Shown here piece by piece: positions 1 to 10,900 of a DNA stretch of 64,000 bases. This DNA is from an uncultured archaeon. GTDB lineage: Archaea; Thermoproteota; EX4484-205; JAAOZP01. How positions within the stretch are numbered: the first letter of the stretch is position 1; every line of letters begins with the position of its first letter. The notes under the pieces were generated by a model. The model worked only from the letters and a program-made list of their open reading frames with translations. It searched no databases and was not told where the DNA came from. The position numbers were made by a program, and so were the translations under genes. The DNA is taken from positions 112 through 64,111 of the forward strand of contig CALIBN010000017.1 in NCBI GenBank assembly GCA_938045545.1. Direction: 5' to 3'.

Positions 1-279
1 TTCGGTCGTGGAGAGTGTCAAAAACTTACGGTTAAAACTTTTATCCCCCGGCTTCCCGTTAGGTTCAATGGGTATCGAAGAAGGTTTTGAGGATAGGCTG
101 CGTAGAAAGATTGAAGCAAAGCGTAGGGCTAGGCTCAGGAGAAGAGGCCCTTATAGAAAGGTTGCTCTAGCCTTCAGACAAAAATCCCCAAGCTAGAAAC
201 GCGGTAGATTAATGTTGGCCAGTATCCTTGAGGACCATTGTAAAGATTTAAGTTTTACGGTGTAAAGCGGTTAGCTGGT

Positions 280-1092
280 TTGGATGCTCAGCTGACCTGC
301 GAAATAATCTCCGTTGGGAACGAGCTTTTAATAGGCAAGGTTGTTAACACAAACGCCTCCTGGCTTGCTGAAAGGCTAACCAGGCTGGGTGTAGCCGTCA
401 AGAGGATCACTGTCGTCGGAGACAGCCTGAGCGAAATCGCATCCTGCGTCACTGAGGCTCTTTTAAGAAAGCCCAGGTACATCATAACGACGGGTGGGCT
501 GGGGCCCACTTACGACGACATTACTCTCGAAGGTTTAGCGAGGGCTCTCGGAAAACCCTTGATTCTGAACCCGGAGGCTCTTGAAATGGTTCGTAGAAAA
601 TACGAGAAAATGGGTGAAGGACTGACTGAAGCACGCGTAAAGATGGCTAAGATGCCTGAAGGGGCTGAGCCTCTGCCCAACCCTGTTGGAACGGCCCCCG
701 CAGCCAAGCTGCTTCTCGAGGAAACCGTCGTCTATGCTCTGCCTGGTGTCCCAAGGGAGATGGAGGCAATATTCAACGAGACTATTTCTAGAGACGTTTC
801 AAGGGAATCCGGGTTAAGGGTTGCTGAGCTTTCCCTCCGAGTTACCGGTGTCAAGGAGTCGGCTTTAGCGCCTCTCATCAGCAAGGTTAAGGAGCTTTAT
901 CCCGATCTCTATATTAAGTCGCATCCCAAGAGCGTGGAGGAAAGGCCTTGGATAGAAGTATACTTCAGCGTGTTCCACAGGGATGAGGCAGAAGCCAAGA
1001 GGATCGTTTCAGAGGCTGCTGAAAAGCTTACCCGTCTCATCGAGGAGGCTTACGGTAAAGTCGTGAGCTTTCCTGAAGGTCCCAATACTTAG
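280..1092 (+). CDS. CinA-like / molybdopterin-binding (MoCF-binding) domain protein
   Basis: 270-aa ORF. MoaB/MogA/CinA-type fold motifs are visible: 'IITTGGLGPTYDDIT' and 'ALPGVP'. ATG start. Confidence 0.65.
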   Translation: MDAQLTCEIISVGNELLIGKVVNTNASWLAERLTRLGVAVKRITVVGDSLSEIASCVTEALLRKPRYIITTGGLGPTYDDITLEGLARALGKPLILNPEALEMVRRKYEKMGEGLTEARVKMAKMPEGAEPLPNPVGTAPAAKLLLEETVVYALPGVPREMEAIFNETISRDVSRESGLRVAELSLRVTGVKESALAPLISKVKELYPDLYIKSHPKSVEERPWIEVYFSVFHRDEAEAKRIVSEAAEKLTRLIEEAYGKVVSFPEGPNT

Positions 1093-1535
1093 TTTTTCCC
1101 AGTTTTCAGCTCAAGCCGTCTGAAAACCTCTTCTAAAAACAAGTTTCTTTTACGATGAAGGCGATAATAGTTTTCATAAATTATTATGGTTGCAATAAGC
1201 CCCACGAGTGCTGCGGCTCCAATTTCACTTATGAAAACGCCGATTGTGAAGAGGATTAGTAGTGCGATTATTAATCGAGTGATAATACTGATGGGTATTG
1301 GAAAGATTATCGACAAGGAGCCGACGATTCTGGTTCTCGTAGAATCGGGGAAAAGGTAAAAGCTTACCTTCTTCCACGTGTCTTTTGGAGACATGCTGGA
1401 AGGGTAACCGTGCTCAACAATAATGCTTTTCAAAGGTTCCTCCATTATTATCCTACAATTGTTTTCAAGCAAGATGCTTCTCAACTCTTCATAAGCCTTC
1501 TGAACATCTAAGGCAACGGTTTTCTCAATCAACAC
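1089..1535 (-). CDS. hypothetical protein with C-terminal transmembrane helices
   Basis: 148-aa ORF with a hydrophobic C-terminal segment 'IIALLILFTIGVFISEIGAAALVGLIATIII'. Its 4-bp overlap with the convergent neighbour at 1089-1092 only marks convergent ends. No recognisable domain. Confidence 0.35.
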   Translation of the reverse strand: MLIEKTVALDVQKAYEELRSILLENNCRIIMEEPLKSIIVEHGYPSSMSPKDTWKKVSFYLFPDSTRTRIVGSLSIIFPIPISIITRLIIALLILFTIGVFISEIGAAALVGLIATIIIYENYYRLHRKRNLFLEEVFRRLELKTGKN

Positions 1536-1597
1536 TATTCCCCGCCTTCTTAATAATGCTGATTAGCGTTTATTAAAGCCTTTCTTCAAGAAATATG

Positions 1598-2482
1598 CTA
1601 GCGCGACTTAGAGACCAGGATATCCCTGACTCTTTTCCGCAGGTCTACGAGTATCTTTCTGTCTTTCTCCAAGTGCTCCCTGTTATAGAATGATTCAGGG
1701 CCGATGAGAATCGGAGTGCTCACCTCCAGGCTTATGGGTGATATCGATACTGCTTTCTGAACCGTGAGTGCGTAGAGGTCAGTTCCCTCGTGAGACTTGT
1801 CAACGTTTATCTCAGAGCTCCCTATCCAATAATACGGGAGGCCCCTGGGATCCTTCCTCTCCAGAATATAGTTTTCAAACTTTATCTTTGCCAGGGAAGT
1901 TAGCTCCACACTCGTGTCCCTACCCATGTGAAACGGGAAGTTCACGTTTAAAACATGCGGGGTTGAAAGAGGATTCTCAACCATAAACCTAGTGATCTCG
2001 GCTGCAAGCTCACCGTGATGCTGAAAGCTACCTACCTTAACCTCCCTACGCTCAACGCTAGGCGGTATTTCAACGCTGAAAGCTATTGCCGGAACCCCGC
2101 TTAGCAACGATTGTATCGCAGCAGCAATCGTCCCGCTCGTGAAAAGATTGTCCAGCGTTATGTTATCACCCATGTTTATCCCGCTCACAGTTATGCACGG
2201 CTTCTCACCAATAATCAGATTTAACGCAACCACCACAGCGTCGGCCGGCGTCCCGGAGACAAGGTGTACATAGCCATATTTATCCCCATGGATCTTGCTT
2301 GAAACCCGGTTAACCCTTAAAGGCTTGTGAAGAGTTATGGATTTACCCGCGGCACTCATCTCGTGCTCCGGAGTAACCGCGACAACCTCGCCTAGCTTAA
2401 GGTCGACAAGCCTTCTCCAAAATGCTTTGAAAGCCGGAGAATGCACCCCATCATCGTTAGTCAACAGTATTGTTCTACCCAA
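1598..2482 (-). CDS. surE: 5'/3'-nucleotidase SurE
   Basis: N-terminal 'ILLTNDDGVHSPAFKA' is the SurE hallmark motif DDG. Length of 294 aa is typical. Confidence 0.85.
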   Translation of the reverse strand: MGRTILLTNDDGVHSPAFKAFWRRLVDLKLGEVVAVTPEHEMSAAGKSITLHKPLRVNRVSSKIHGDKYGYVHLVSGTPADAVVVALNLIIGEKPCITVSGINMGDNITLDNLFTSGTIAAAIQSLLSGVPAIAFSVEIPPSVERREVKVGSFQHHGELAAEITRFMVENPLSTPHVLNVNFPFHMGRDTSVELTSLAKIKFENYILERKDPRGLPYYWIGSSEINVDKSHEGTDLYALTVQKAVSISPISLEVSTPILIGPESFYNREHLEKDRKILVDLRKRVRDILVSKSR

Positions 2483-2636
2483 TTCGTTTAAAACATTTTA
2501 AAACGCCTTTTAACCATTTATTTTACCGCATGAGAAACGCTCCACGAGCATGGCAGCACTAAACAGTCACCTGAGCTTGCCAGTTGTCTTAGAAAACTTT
2601 TTATTGAAGCAATTTACGGATGGGGCGGAGGAAACA

Positions 2637-2879
2637 ATGACCAAATACAGAGTTAAAGTGGATAAGGACACCTGCATAGCGTGCGGAGTTTGCTACTCAA
2701 CCTGCCCCGACGTTTTCGAGCCTGACGAGGAAAATAAGAGTCAGGTTGTCTCCAAGTACAGGGTTTCAGCCAGCCAGAGCGCGTCTGAAGGCATTATTGA
2801 CGATAGCGTTGCTGACTGTGCTCAGTCGGCTAAAGATACTTGTCCAGTTCAGGCGATAACTGTAGAGACTATAGGGTAG
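2637..2879 (+). CDS. 4Fe-4S ferredoxin (single-cluster type)
   Basis: 'DKDTCIACGVCYSTCPDVFEPDE' cluster-binding motif. The 80-aa product starts at the internal ATG at 2637, preceded by GGAGG. The ORF-track start at 2550 is probably too far upstream. Confidence 0.7.
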   Translation: MTKYRVKVDKDTCIACGVCYSTCPDVFEPDEENKSQVVSKYRVSASQSASEGIIDDSVADCAQSAKDTCPVQAITVETIG

Positions 2880-3510
2880 CCTTAAACTAAGCAATTTTTT
2901 CTTTGTCTCTAAACTTAAAACGCCAGTTAAAAAGGGCAAAAAGTAGTTTATTTGACGCGTATTAGGGTTCGCTTAGCACGCGTTCTTCTTGGCTAGAGGC
3001 TAACCCTACTTGCTTTCTACTCTGAGAAACCTGTAGCAGTGCACGCTGAGGGAACAGTTGAAAAGGCTATAGATGCGTTGAGTCATGGAGACAAGTATAG
3101 GGATTTAAATACTGCTTTGTTATATTGACGGTAAGGGTCTAATCCTCCCTTAAGGAATCAGCCTATAAACGAGAAGCAGAAGTAACGGATAATAAAATGA
3201 AAGGACAAGTGTTTACTCCAACTCGTATCGTAGATCGCACACGCGTTATGGTAAACAAACTTTCTAAATAGAAAGAGCCTAGGCAAAGGACCTTATTTTA
3301 GATCCAGGATGTGACGATGTAGCATTATCGATGGAATTCTTCGTTGGTGTGATAAGAAGAATGTTGAATATCTCAGAATTATAGGTATTGAATCAGACCC
3401 AAAACTTCTAATAAGCTGTTTTTTCCTATTAGAAGTAATACACATGGTTCTTAGTATTACTTTTCTTCGAAAAAGTAATACTTATTAAGTCTTGAAATGT
3501 TCAAAGATGA

Positions 3511-3837
3511 ATGGTGAAAGAAATGTGGCTAATAGTCTCTTGGTGGGCCGCGATATTGGCGACAGCTGCGTACATTTACTCTAAAAATCCCAAGGCATAC
3601 CGCTTGGACTGGCTCTGCCTGATGCTCTGGGGACTGGCAGTGATGGTGCTTATCGACCACGTTATCGGCTTCGCCACTGAGGGAGGGGAATTCATAGAAA
3701 TATCCACGGAGGGATACATCGAGAACGGGGCGTTGCTTGGAATTACGATGTTGATACCGATATTCCTAGCCTGGGAGATAGGCGTACTTATCTTCAGGAG
3801 GAAAACGTTGGCCTCAGAAAGCTCGGGAGGGAGGTGA
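3511..3837 (+). CDS. small integral membrane protein (paralog A)
   Basis: 108 aa with 3 predicted TM helices. It shares a 'LWG..LAV...DH/EH' pattern with the adjacent ORF. A palindromic operator-like site lies upstream. Confidence 0.45.
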   Translation: MVKEMWLIVSWWAAILATAAYIYSKNPKAYRLDWLCLMLWGLAVMVLIDHVIGFATEGGEFIEISTEGYIENGALLGITMLIPIFLAWEIGVLIFRRKTLASESSGGR

Positions 3838-3843
3838 ACGGCC

Positions 3844-4188
3844 ATGGCATGTTTCTTGGCACCGATGGCATTAGCCGTTCTAACGAGCCTCTTTAGAAAG
3901 AAGGTTCCCAACATCCTGATGATCGATGTTCTAAACCTTCTACTGTGGGGCGGAGTGTTGGGGCTGGCTGTTGAACACTTCTCCCACGGAGAAGTAGTGC
4001 CCTATCCCCCGTTCCTGACGAAAGGGCTTGAATACGTTATTCCTGAAGTGATAACCATCGGTTTCCCCATGGTGATGTCCGTATCGGGAGTCTGGGCATT
4101 CACCGTTTTAATGGTAAATGGTCCCCTCAGCAAGCTCCTTAAACCAAGCAGGCTCGGTATAGCGGGTGTTTCCCAGGCTCAAAAATAA
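3844..4188 (+). CDS. small integral membrane protein (paralog B)
   Basis: 114 aa, starts 7 nt after the previous ORF. Same TM organisation and shared motif, so a tandem duplicate. Confidence 0.45.
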   Translation: MACFLAPMALAVLTSLFRKKVPNILMIDVLNLLLWGGVLGLAVEHFSHGEVVPYPPFLTKGLEYVIPEVITIGFPMVMSVSGVWAFTVLMVNGPLSKLLKPSRLGIAGVSQAQK

Positions 4189-4218
4189 CCCCTTTTTAAT
4201 CCTTTTTTAATTGTTAAT

Positions 4219-5247
4219 TCATATCCCTTTCAGGTGCCACGAGAAGTCCGGCGGATTTATTCTCTTCTCGATCCTTTCAGCCAACGCGTGGACCACTATG
4301 GGCAAAGCTATCGTAGCATCGCAATAACAGGCCACATTCTTTCCCGTGGGAGATTCTTTGCCCCAGCTTACAGCCTCCTCGAAAGTAGCTCCCGACAGCC
4401 CTCCCCATTGTGGACTGTCCGTAGTTATCTGAATGGCATACTCATGTGACCGATCCTCGCCCTTGACAAACTCCAATGCGACCGCTATTAACTGTATGAA
4501 GTCTTTAGGTACTCCTCCACCAACGTAAATAACCCCTGTCCTCTTGCTTTCAGCACCTATTTTGACGATTTCCTCAAAATCCTTCATCTGGTCTACGATT
4601 ATCTTCTTGTTCTTCTTATAGCGGAGTATCACGTTGGCTATTCCGTAACCGCTGTCGACAAGCCCTGGGCTGAAAACCGGTACATTATTCCTATAAGCTG
4701 CTGCGACGATGCTGTTTATGTTCCTTTCGTTGAGAAATTTTCCGAATAGGTAAAGGTATTCCCTCGAGGAATAGACATGGTTTGGATCCAGGGTTTCGCT
4801 GAACTCGGCTATGAGGCCCTCCATTTTCCTATACTCCATCTCGTCGGCGTAAACATCGTAAAACCTGTCTATCCTAAGCCGGTAAAGCTCCTCATCGTCA
4901 ACGAGGTGGCTTCCCTGCCAGTAACTGAAACCCATCGCCTCAAGGATGTCCTCGGAAATGTTTGCCCCTGTGGATACGAGCACATCTATGAATCTTTTCT
5001 CAATAAGCCATCTTATTATCTTCCATTGTCCAGTTGTGCTCATGGAACCTGCGAAGCCCATGAAGATTGTGACCTCCTCATCTTTCAGCATTTCCTCCCA
5101 TACTTGGAAAACTTCGCCGAGCTTCCTGCCCTGGAAGCCTGTTTTCGCCATTTCAGAGAGAAGATTCGAAATGCTTTTCCCCCTCTCAACTTCTATAGAT
5201 TCAAGCTTTCTCTTTAAATATTGATCCTTCATGGTTAAAGGTATCAA
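4219..5247 (-). CDS. dys: deoxyhypusine synthase
   Basis: Segments align to eukaryotic/archaeal deoxyhypusine synthase: 'IDVLVSTGAN' (cf. VDVLVTTAGG), 'NVPVFSPGLVDSGYG' (cf. HIPVFSPALTDGSLG) and 'FEEAVSWGK' (cf. PDEAVSWGK). Confidence 0.85.
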   Translation of the reverse strand: MIPLTMKDQYLKRKLESIEVERGKSISNLLSEMAKTGFQGRKLGEVFQVWEEMLKDEEVTIFMGFAGSMSTTGQWKIIRWLIEKRFIDVLVSTGANISEDILEAMGFSYWQGSHLVDDEELYRLRIDRFYDVYADEMEYRKMEGLIAEFSETLDPNHVYSSREYLYLFGKFLNERNINSIVAAAYRNNVPVFSPGLVDSGYGIANVILRYKKNKKIIVDQMKDFEEIVKIGAESKRTGVIYVGGGVPKDFIQLIAVALEFVKGEDRSHEYAIQITTDSPQWGGLSGATFEEAVSWGKESPTGKNVACYCDATIALPIVVHALAERIEKRINPPDFSWHLKGI

Positions 5248-5476
5248 GCATACTATTACTTAAAAATTTCCTATTCTTCCAACATTTAAGGTTTAATCAA
5301 ATTTCTACTCAAAGCCTTTCGCGACTACAACAATCTACTAAAAAGGTGATAAAGAGTGATGTTTAAGTGCATCATATAAGGAAAGAACTTTTCTTCGGAT
5401 TCGGCGACAGATATCCACGCTACGAAGGTCTCAAAGAGGATGCATATAGCTTTTTACGCTTTTGAAAAGCATTTTG

Positions 5477-6460
5477 TCACACGTGGCCGAAAACAGGTTT
5501 AGGCCTGTAGGGTTCCTCTAAATACTTGATCTCGTCATCCCGAAGCCTGACTTCCAGTGCTTCAACAGCCTCATCAACATGCTCAGGCTTAGTCGTCCCT
5601 ATTATCGGAGAAGTAGCCCCCTTATAGTAAAGCCAGGATAATGCTACCTGTGCTGGTTTCACTCCCTTGTTTCGAGCTAACTCTATCACTCTGCCAACTA
5701 TCTCGGCGTTTTCAGGAGGCTCTATGTATGTTCTGTATTCAGGAGTATTAGGCTGTAGCCTGCTGATGTCTGTTTCAGCGACCACCAGCTTACCATTCTT
5801 AAAGTACTTTCCTGAAAGGACGCCTGCCGCCGTAGGGCTCCACGGTATTAACCCAATGTTCTCGCTCCTGCACAAAGGAATCATCTCCCTCTCCTCCTCC
5901 CTGTAAAGGAGATTGTAAACGTTCTGCATGCTCACAAATCTTTCATAGCCCAGCTTATCACTGACGTAAAGCGATTTAGCGAATTGCCATGCCCACATGC
6001 TCGAGGCCCCTATATACCTGACCTTTCCCTGCCTAACTAGTTCTGTAAGAGTCGACAATGTTTCCTCGATAGGAGTCTCGTAATCCCACCTGTGTATCTG
6101 GTACAGGTCTATATAGTCGGTGCCCAGCCTTCTCGCGGATTCCCTGAATTGATGCATAATGTGCTTCCTGGAAAGCCCTCTCTGATTAGGTTTATCTCCC
6201 ATCGCTCCGAAAACCTTGGTCGCAATAACAACGTCTTCCCTGACTTCTTTTAATGCTTCTCCTAAAATCTCCTCAGACCTTCCGCGTGAGTAAACATTGG
6301 CGGTGTCAAAGAAGTTAACACCTAGGTCTAAAGACCTGTTGATTACTTTTTTTGCTTCCTCCGACTCAACCATCCACTCGCGAGCGTTTCCGAAGGACAT
6401 GCATCCGAGGCATACTCTAGACACTTTTAATCCGGATGAACCCAGTCTAACGTACTCCAT
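5477..6460 (-). CDS. aldo/keto reductase family oxidoreductase
   Basis: 'MEYVRLGSSGLKVSRVCLGCMSFG...GVNFFDTANVYSRGRSEEILGEAL' is a typical aldo/keto-reductase N-terminus, and 327 aa fits. Confidence 0.85.
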   Translation of the reverse strand: MEYVRLGSSGLKVSRVCLGCMSFGNAREWMVESEEAKKVINRSLDLGVNFFDTANVYSRGRSEEILGEALKEVREDVVIATKVFGAMGDKPNQRGLSRKHIMHQFRESARRLGTDYIDLYQIHRWDYETPIEETLSTLTELVRQGKVRYIGASSMWAWQFAKSLYVSDKLGYERFVSMQNVYNLLYREEEREMIPLCRSENIGLIPWSPTAAGVLSGKYFKNGKLVVAETDISRLQPNTPEYRTYIEPPENAEIVGRVIELARNKGVKPAQVALSWLYYKGATSPIIGTTKPEHVDEAVEALEVRLRDDEIKYLEEPYRPKPVFGHV

Positions 6461-6770
6461 ATGGGATTGAAGACTGGAACTTTACTTAAGTCTTTGCCGA
6501 ACTTGCATTAACATTAAACAAACCCTACTTAAGGCGCTTTTTAAAAAACTTAAAGAGTTGGAGGCTTTGGGGAGTTGAAGCGGATTCCGACTGGTAACCC
6601 TAACTTATGGTTGACAGTCTTCTTGAAACTGTTTCCTCGAATAATGGAAACCATAAGTCTAAACAGGAGGCTATGTATGAATACCTGTTAGGCTAGCGAA
6701 CTATTCACCCGAGTTTTTTTGTGACCTTTTAATAGTCTAAAGTATGGTTTTTAAGCCTTTTCTCAAGTTT

Positions 6771-7631
6771 TTAAACGCTGACTAAGAATTTCAACGCGAT
6801 CCAGCCTAAGGCTGCTCCAAGACCTATGTACGGTAATCCTGGCTGAGGCCGTTTGAAGCGCCGCACCGCGTACAGGACTATTATGAGCCCTGCTACGCTG
6901 CAGCTTAAAACCATGAGGGCGGCAATGGGGTTTCCTGTCTCCAGGAAGGTTGATACTGTAAGCATGTTTGGAAACGCTAGGTCTCCTAATCCGAGGAATG
7001 CCCCCCTCCTCTCCCCGTTACTAGTCTTGAAATCCCTAGGCACTTCTTTCACCGGTGACATCACCATTGTAGGTAGGTTCATCTTCAAAGTTTTCTCAGC
7101 GAGGCTCACCATTCCCCCGGATCTCACTGCGAAATAATCGTACACAGCCATTAACAGTAAGAGTATTGTGAGGACTGGCGGTGCGAGCGATGCTCCAAAC
7201 CAGGCTGCTATGCTAGCGCTTAGAAAAACGCCTACAGCGTCAGCAACATACCACTTGTAGAACCTGTTTAAAAGTACGAGTATTGACGCGGATGCTAAGA
7301 TTGATACTCCAAGCCAGACCGTGGAGTCTGGGAGAATAACGCTGATTGTTATCGTTAGAACCGTGAAGGCGCTGAAGTAGAAAAGCCCTTTAAACAATAT
7401 TTCTAAGCGCAGCCTAACGATGATGAGGATTATGATGAAAACAGCAACTACCGTGAGCATTAAGTACAGGATGTTAACCGGGTTCTCAGGGTTTTCAAAA
7501 AGGGTTAGCTGATTAACCACGTATAGCGGCGCCAATAGGAGTGCAAGTAGGCCTGTTGCCACGTAGAGCAGCATTATGGTTACTGCCGCCGTGTTCAACG
7601 CTATTTCTGCTGAGTAAGCTGGAAGCGGCAC
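6771..7631 (-). CDS. presenilin/signal-peptide-peptidase-like intramembrane aspartyl protease (A22 family homolog)
   Basis: Polytopic membrane protein with catalytic-type motifs in consecutive TM helices: 'YD' in 'MAVYDYFAV', 'GLGD' in 'AFLGLGDLAFP', and a PAL-like 'PIAAL'. Confidence 0.55.
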   Translation of the reverse strand: MPLPAYSAEIALNTAAVTIMLLYVATGLLALLLAPLYVVNQLTLFENPENPVNILYLMLTVVAVFIIILIIVRLRLEILFKGLFYFSAFTVLTITISVILPDSTVWLGVSILASASILVLLNRFYKWYVADAVGVFLSASIAAWFGASLAPPVLTILLLLMAVYDYFAVRSGGMVSLAEKTLKMNLPTMVMSPVKEVPRDFKTSNGERRGAFLGLGDLAFPNMLTVSTFLETGNPIAALMVLSCSVAGLIIVLYAVRRFKRPQPGLPYIGLGAALGWIALKFLVSV

Positions 7632-7673
7632 GGATAAACTTTCTCCTTCTACCCCGAGTCAAACTAGCCTTCT

Positions 7674-7898
7674 ATGTTTAGTAATAGATTAACTGGTTTT
7701 GCCCCATCGCCGCCAAAGTTTGATTATCAAAAAATCTTTAGAGAAAATTTATATTCTGAAGAGTTGGAAACTCGACTATTGTTGACGTTGGAAGAAAAAA
7801 GAGTTGAGCAAAAGATCCCTGACCCGTGCGGGGTCAACCATTATCTCTTTTCTAACGATTCTGAAAGTATTCTCGACTGGCTAGTTAAGGAGGGTTAG
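7674..7898 (+). CDS. hypothetical small protein immediately upstream of nrdD
   Basis: 74-aa ORF ending 2 nt before the NrdD start. No recognisable motif. May be a leader ORF or a spurious call. Confidence 0.2.
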   Translation: MFSNRLTGFAPSPPKFDYQKIFRENLYSEELETRLLLTLEEKRVEQKIPDPCGVNHYLFSNDSESILDWLVKEG

Positions 7899-7900
7899 GG

Positions 7901-10900
7901 TTGCAGCAGACAGATTCGAAACAAACTATAAGCAGGATAATTAAGAGAGATGGTAGAGTAGTGGATTTCGACAAGAGCAAGATTACTGAGGCAATATGGA
8001 AAGCGATAAAGTCTGTCGGCGGCAATGACAGGGCCCTAGCGGAGAGGCTTTCAAACCGGGTTGTTGAACGCTTAGAGAGGCAGCTGAAGCCCGGCGAGAT
8101 TCCTCACGTTGAGCAGGTTCAAGACCTGGTTGAGAAAGTGCTTGTTGAGAACAATCTTTACAATGTCGCTAAAGCATACATTCTTTACAGGGCGCTTCAC
8201 GCCCAGATAAGAGAGTTCGTCGACAGCTATCTTGAGAACAAGAGCTGGCTGGTGAAGGAGAATGCTAACACAACATACTCGCTACAGGCTTTAAACTTCC
8301 ACATTTCATCTCAAGTTATCTCACAATACTGGCTTCACAGGATTTTCAACAAGGGTAGGACTGAAATAAGGGAGGCGCATTTAAACGGGGATTTCCACAT
8401 CCACAACCTCGGGATACTTGGGGCGTACTGCGTGGGGTGGGATCTAAAGGACTTGTTAACTACCGGCTTCAAGGGCGTCAGGGGAAAGGTTTCAGCCAAG
8501 CCGGCAAGGCATTTTCGAGTTGCTCTTGGCCACGTCGTCAACTTCATCTTCACATTACAAGGAGAGGCTGCTGGTGCCCAAGCCTTCTCGAACTTCGACA
8601 CTTACCTAGCCCCGTTCATAAGGTATGATAGCCTTGACTATAAGTCGGTTAAGCAGGCTCTTCAAGAATTCATGTTCAACATGAACATACCCACTAGGGT
8701 TGGCTTTCAAAGCTTATGCGGGGATGAGCCGATAATTGTAAAGGAAAAGGGTAAAATCAAAGTTATAGAAATCGGCAAGCTGGTTGACCGTGAATTTGAG
8801 AAATATCCTCACAAGGTGATTGAGCAAAATCCCCATAGCTATGCCTTAGAGAATCATGATGATTACCAAGTTTTATCCTTCAATCCCGATGGGAAGGCTG
8901 TTTGGACCAGGGTTAAGGCGTTCATAAGACATAGAGTTCCTAAGAACTCGGAATTCGTAAGAATTAGAACTAATCGCGGCGAGGCGAAAGTTTCAAAAGC
9001 TCATTCCCTCTTCGCCTTCTCAAAATTCAACGGTAAGTTTAATCCAGTGCCAAAGTCAGCTGAGGATGTTAAGATAGCTGATGATTACCGTCACTTAAAC
9101 GAGGAAAACCACTTCATCGCATTAAGGTCCTTGGACAATCAGGGTGAGAAAGAGGAAATAGACTTGGTTGAGATTATAGATGAGCTCCCCGGTCTTCAAA
9201 AGAATGTTTTCGTCAAGATAAACCCAACGCATACATTGAGGAAAATCAAACAAAGGGCCATTTTAGAGGAGCAGAGCCTTATCCCATTCTACAAGGAGTT
9301 TGGGCTTAAGGACAGGGGTGTGTGGGAAAGTTGGTTGGAGAGTAAATCGATTAGATACGATATCTGGAGGAAATACGGAGGGCTTAACATGAAAGCCGAA
9401 TTTAGGCTCAAGAACAGTGACGTATGGTATCCTAGATTTCTAAAAGGGAAACTGTTAGAGAACTTCGTAAAACTTTGCGCATGGTATATTTCCGAAGGTC
9501 ATACAGCCATTTCTACCCCGCTCTATATTTCCCGATTGCCTTCCGGAAACGCTAGGGAGATCGTCAAGCTCTTAAAGGCTTTAAACGCCTTGGGTCAAGT
9601 AGCCCGCAACAAAGGGTATTCTAGGAATGGAGGAAAGACTAAGACAGTTCTAAAGATAACTGGAAAAGGTCTTTTAGCTGAAATCGTTAGTAAAACCTGC
9701 GGCTATTTGTCTTTCAATAAAGTAGTCCCATGGTTTATCTTTGATCTTTCTCCAAAATATCAGAGGATCTTCATTGAAACAGTCTTGAAAGGCGATGGGG
9801 CAGAATATCAAAAGTATTGGGATTATTCAACTACTTCTGGAAAACTATGTGCAGGACTATGTCTGCTTTTAAGTCAAAACAAATTTAGATTCGCCGTTTA
9901 TACTGAAAAAACCAGTAGGAATAATGAAAAATGGCGAGATGGATTCGTAATTCGAATCTTCAAAGAAAATTCGATACCGAAGAAAACATACTCCGTTAAC
10001 GACTTCGAGGCTAGGGTTTGCCTAGGGGTTGAAAAATTCAACTACGAGAGGGAATACGAATACGATATTTCAGTCAATCTGCCCCAGGAAAACTTTGTTG
10101 GAGGAGCTGGACTCTTGGTCTTCCACAACACGCCTTTCTCGAATGTGACGCTCGACCTTAAGGTTCCAAGCTTCATGGAAGACGAGCCGGTTGTAGTGGG
10201 TGGGGAGATTTTAGACGCTACCTACGGCGAATTCCAAGAAGAGATGAATATTTTCAACAGGGCTCTGGCTGAAGTGATGCTCGAGGGAGACGCTAGCGCA
10301 CGCGTTTTCACTTTTCCAATCCCAACGATAAACATAACTAGGGATTTCAACTGGGATGATGAGATCGTTAGGAAGGTTCTAGAGACTTCTGCGAAGTATG
10401 GTATCCCGTATTTCGCGAACTTCATTAACTCCGACATGAATCCTGAGGATGTTCGCTCAATGTGTTGCCATTTGAGGCTTGACAAAAGGGAATTGAAGAA
10501 GAGAGGTGGAGGGCTTTTTGGAGCAAACCCGCTGACAGGCTGTTATGACGAAAATACGGAAATTTTGACGGAGAAGGGTTGGAAGTTATTTAAAGATTTG
10601 TCTATGAATGATAGGGTGTTTACCTTGAATGAGAATAACGAGATCGAATTGCATCACCCCACGAGACTTTTCGAGTACGAATATGACGGCGAAATGATTC
10701 ATTTCAAGTCAAGGTCTCTGGACTTGTTGGTTACGCCGAACCATCGCATGGTAGTCGACACAGCTAATGGAAAGAGGGCGTTCGTCGAGGCAAGAGATTT
10801 CATACCCAATACTCACCGCATTCCTAAGGGAGGGATCTGGAAAGGCGAAGAAAAAGAATATTTTGTCCTGCCTCCAGTGCCAATATTGCAGGGCAGCGGT

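Noticed and set aside
288-707. Minus-strand ORFs of 73 and 65 codons inside the CinA-like gene. Similar antisense ORFs of 60-180 codons occur opposite many confident genes, for example 18673-19212, 25505-25960, 49477-50289, 51757-52362 and 55183-55638.
   Set aside because: They are fully embedded antisense to genes with clear family motifs. They have skewed Ser/Pro/Leu/Arg-rich composition typical of shadow ORFs and no motifs.
6604-6657. A 9-bp inverted repeat, 'cttatggtt ... aaccataag', with a 36-nt loop downstream of the presenilin-like gene.
   Set aside because: The long loop makes a stable terminator hairpin unlikely. It may be a weak protein-binding palindrome, and there is no further support.
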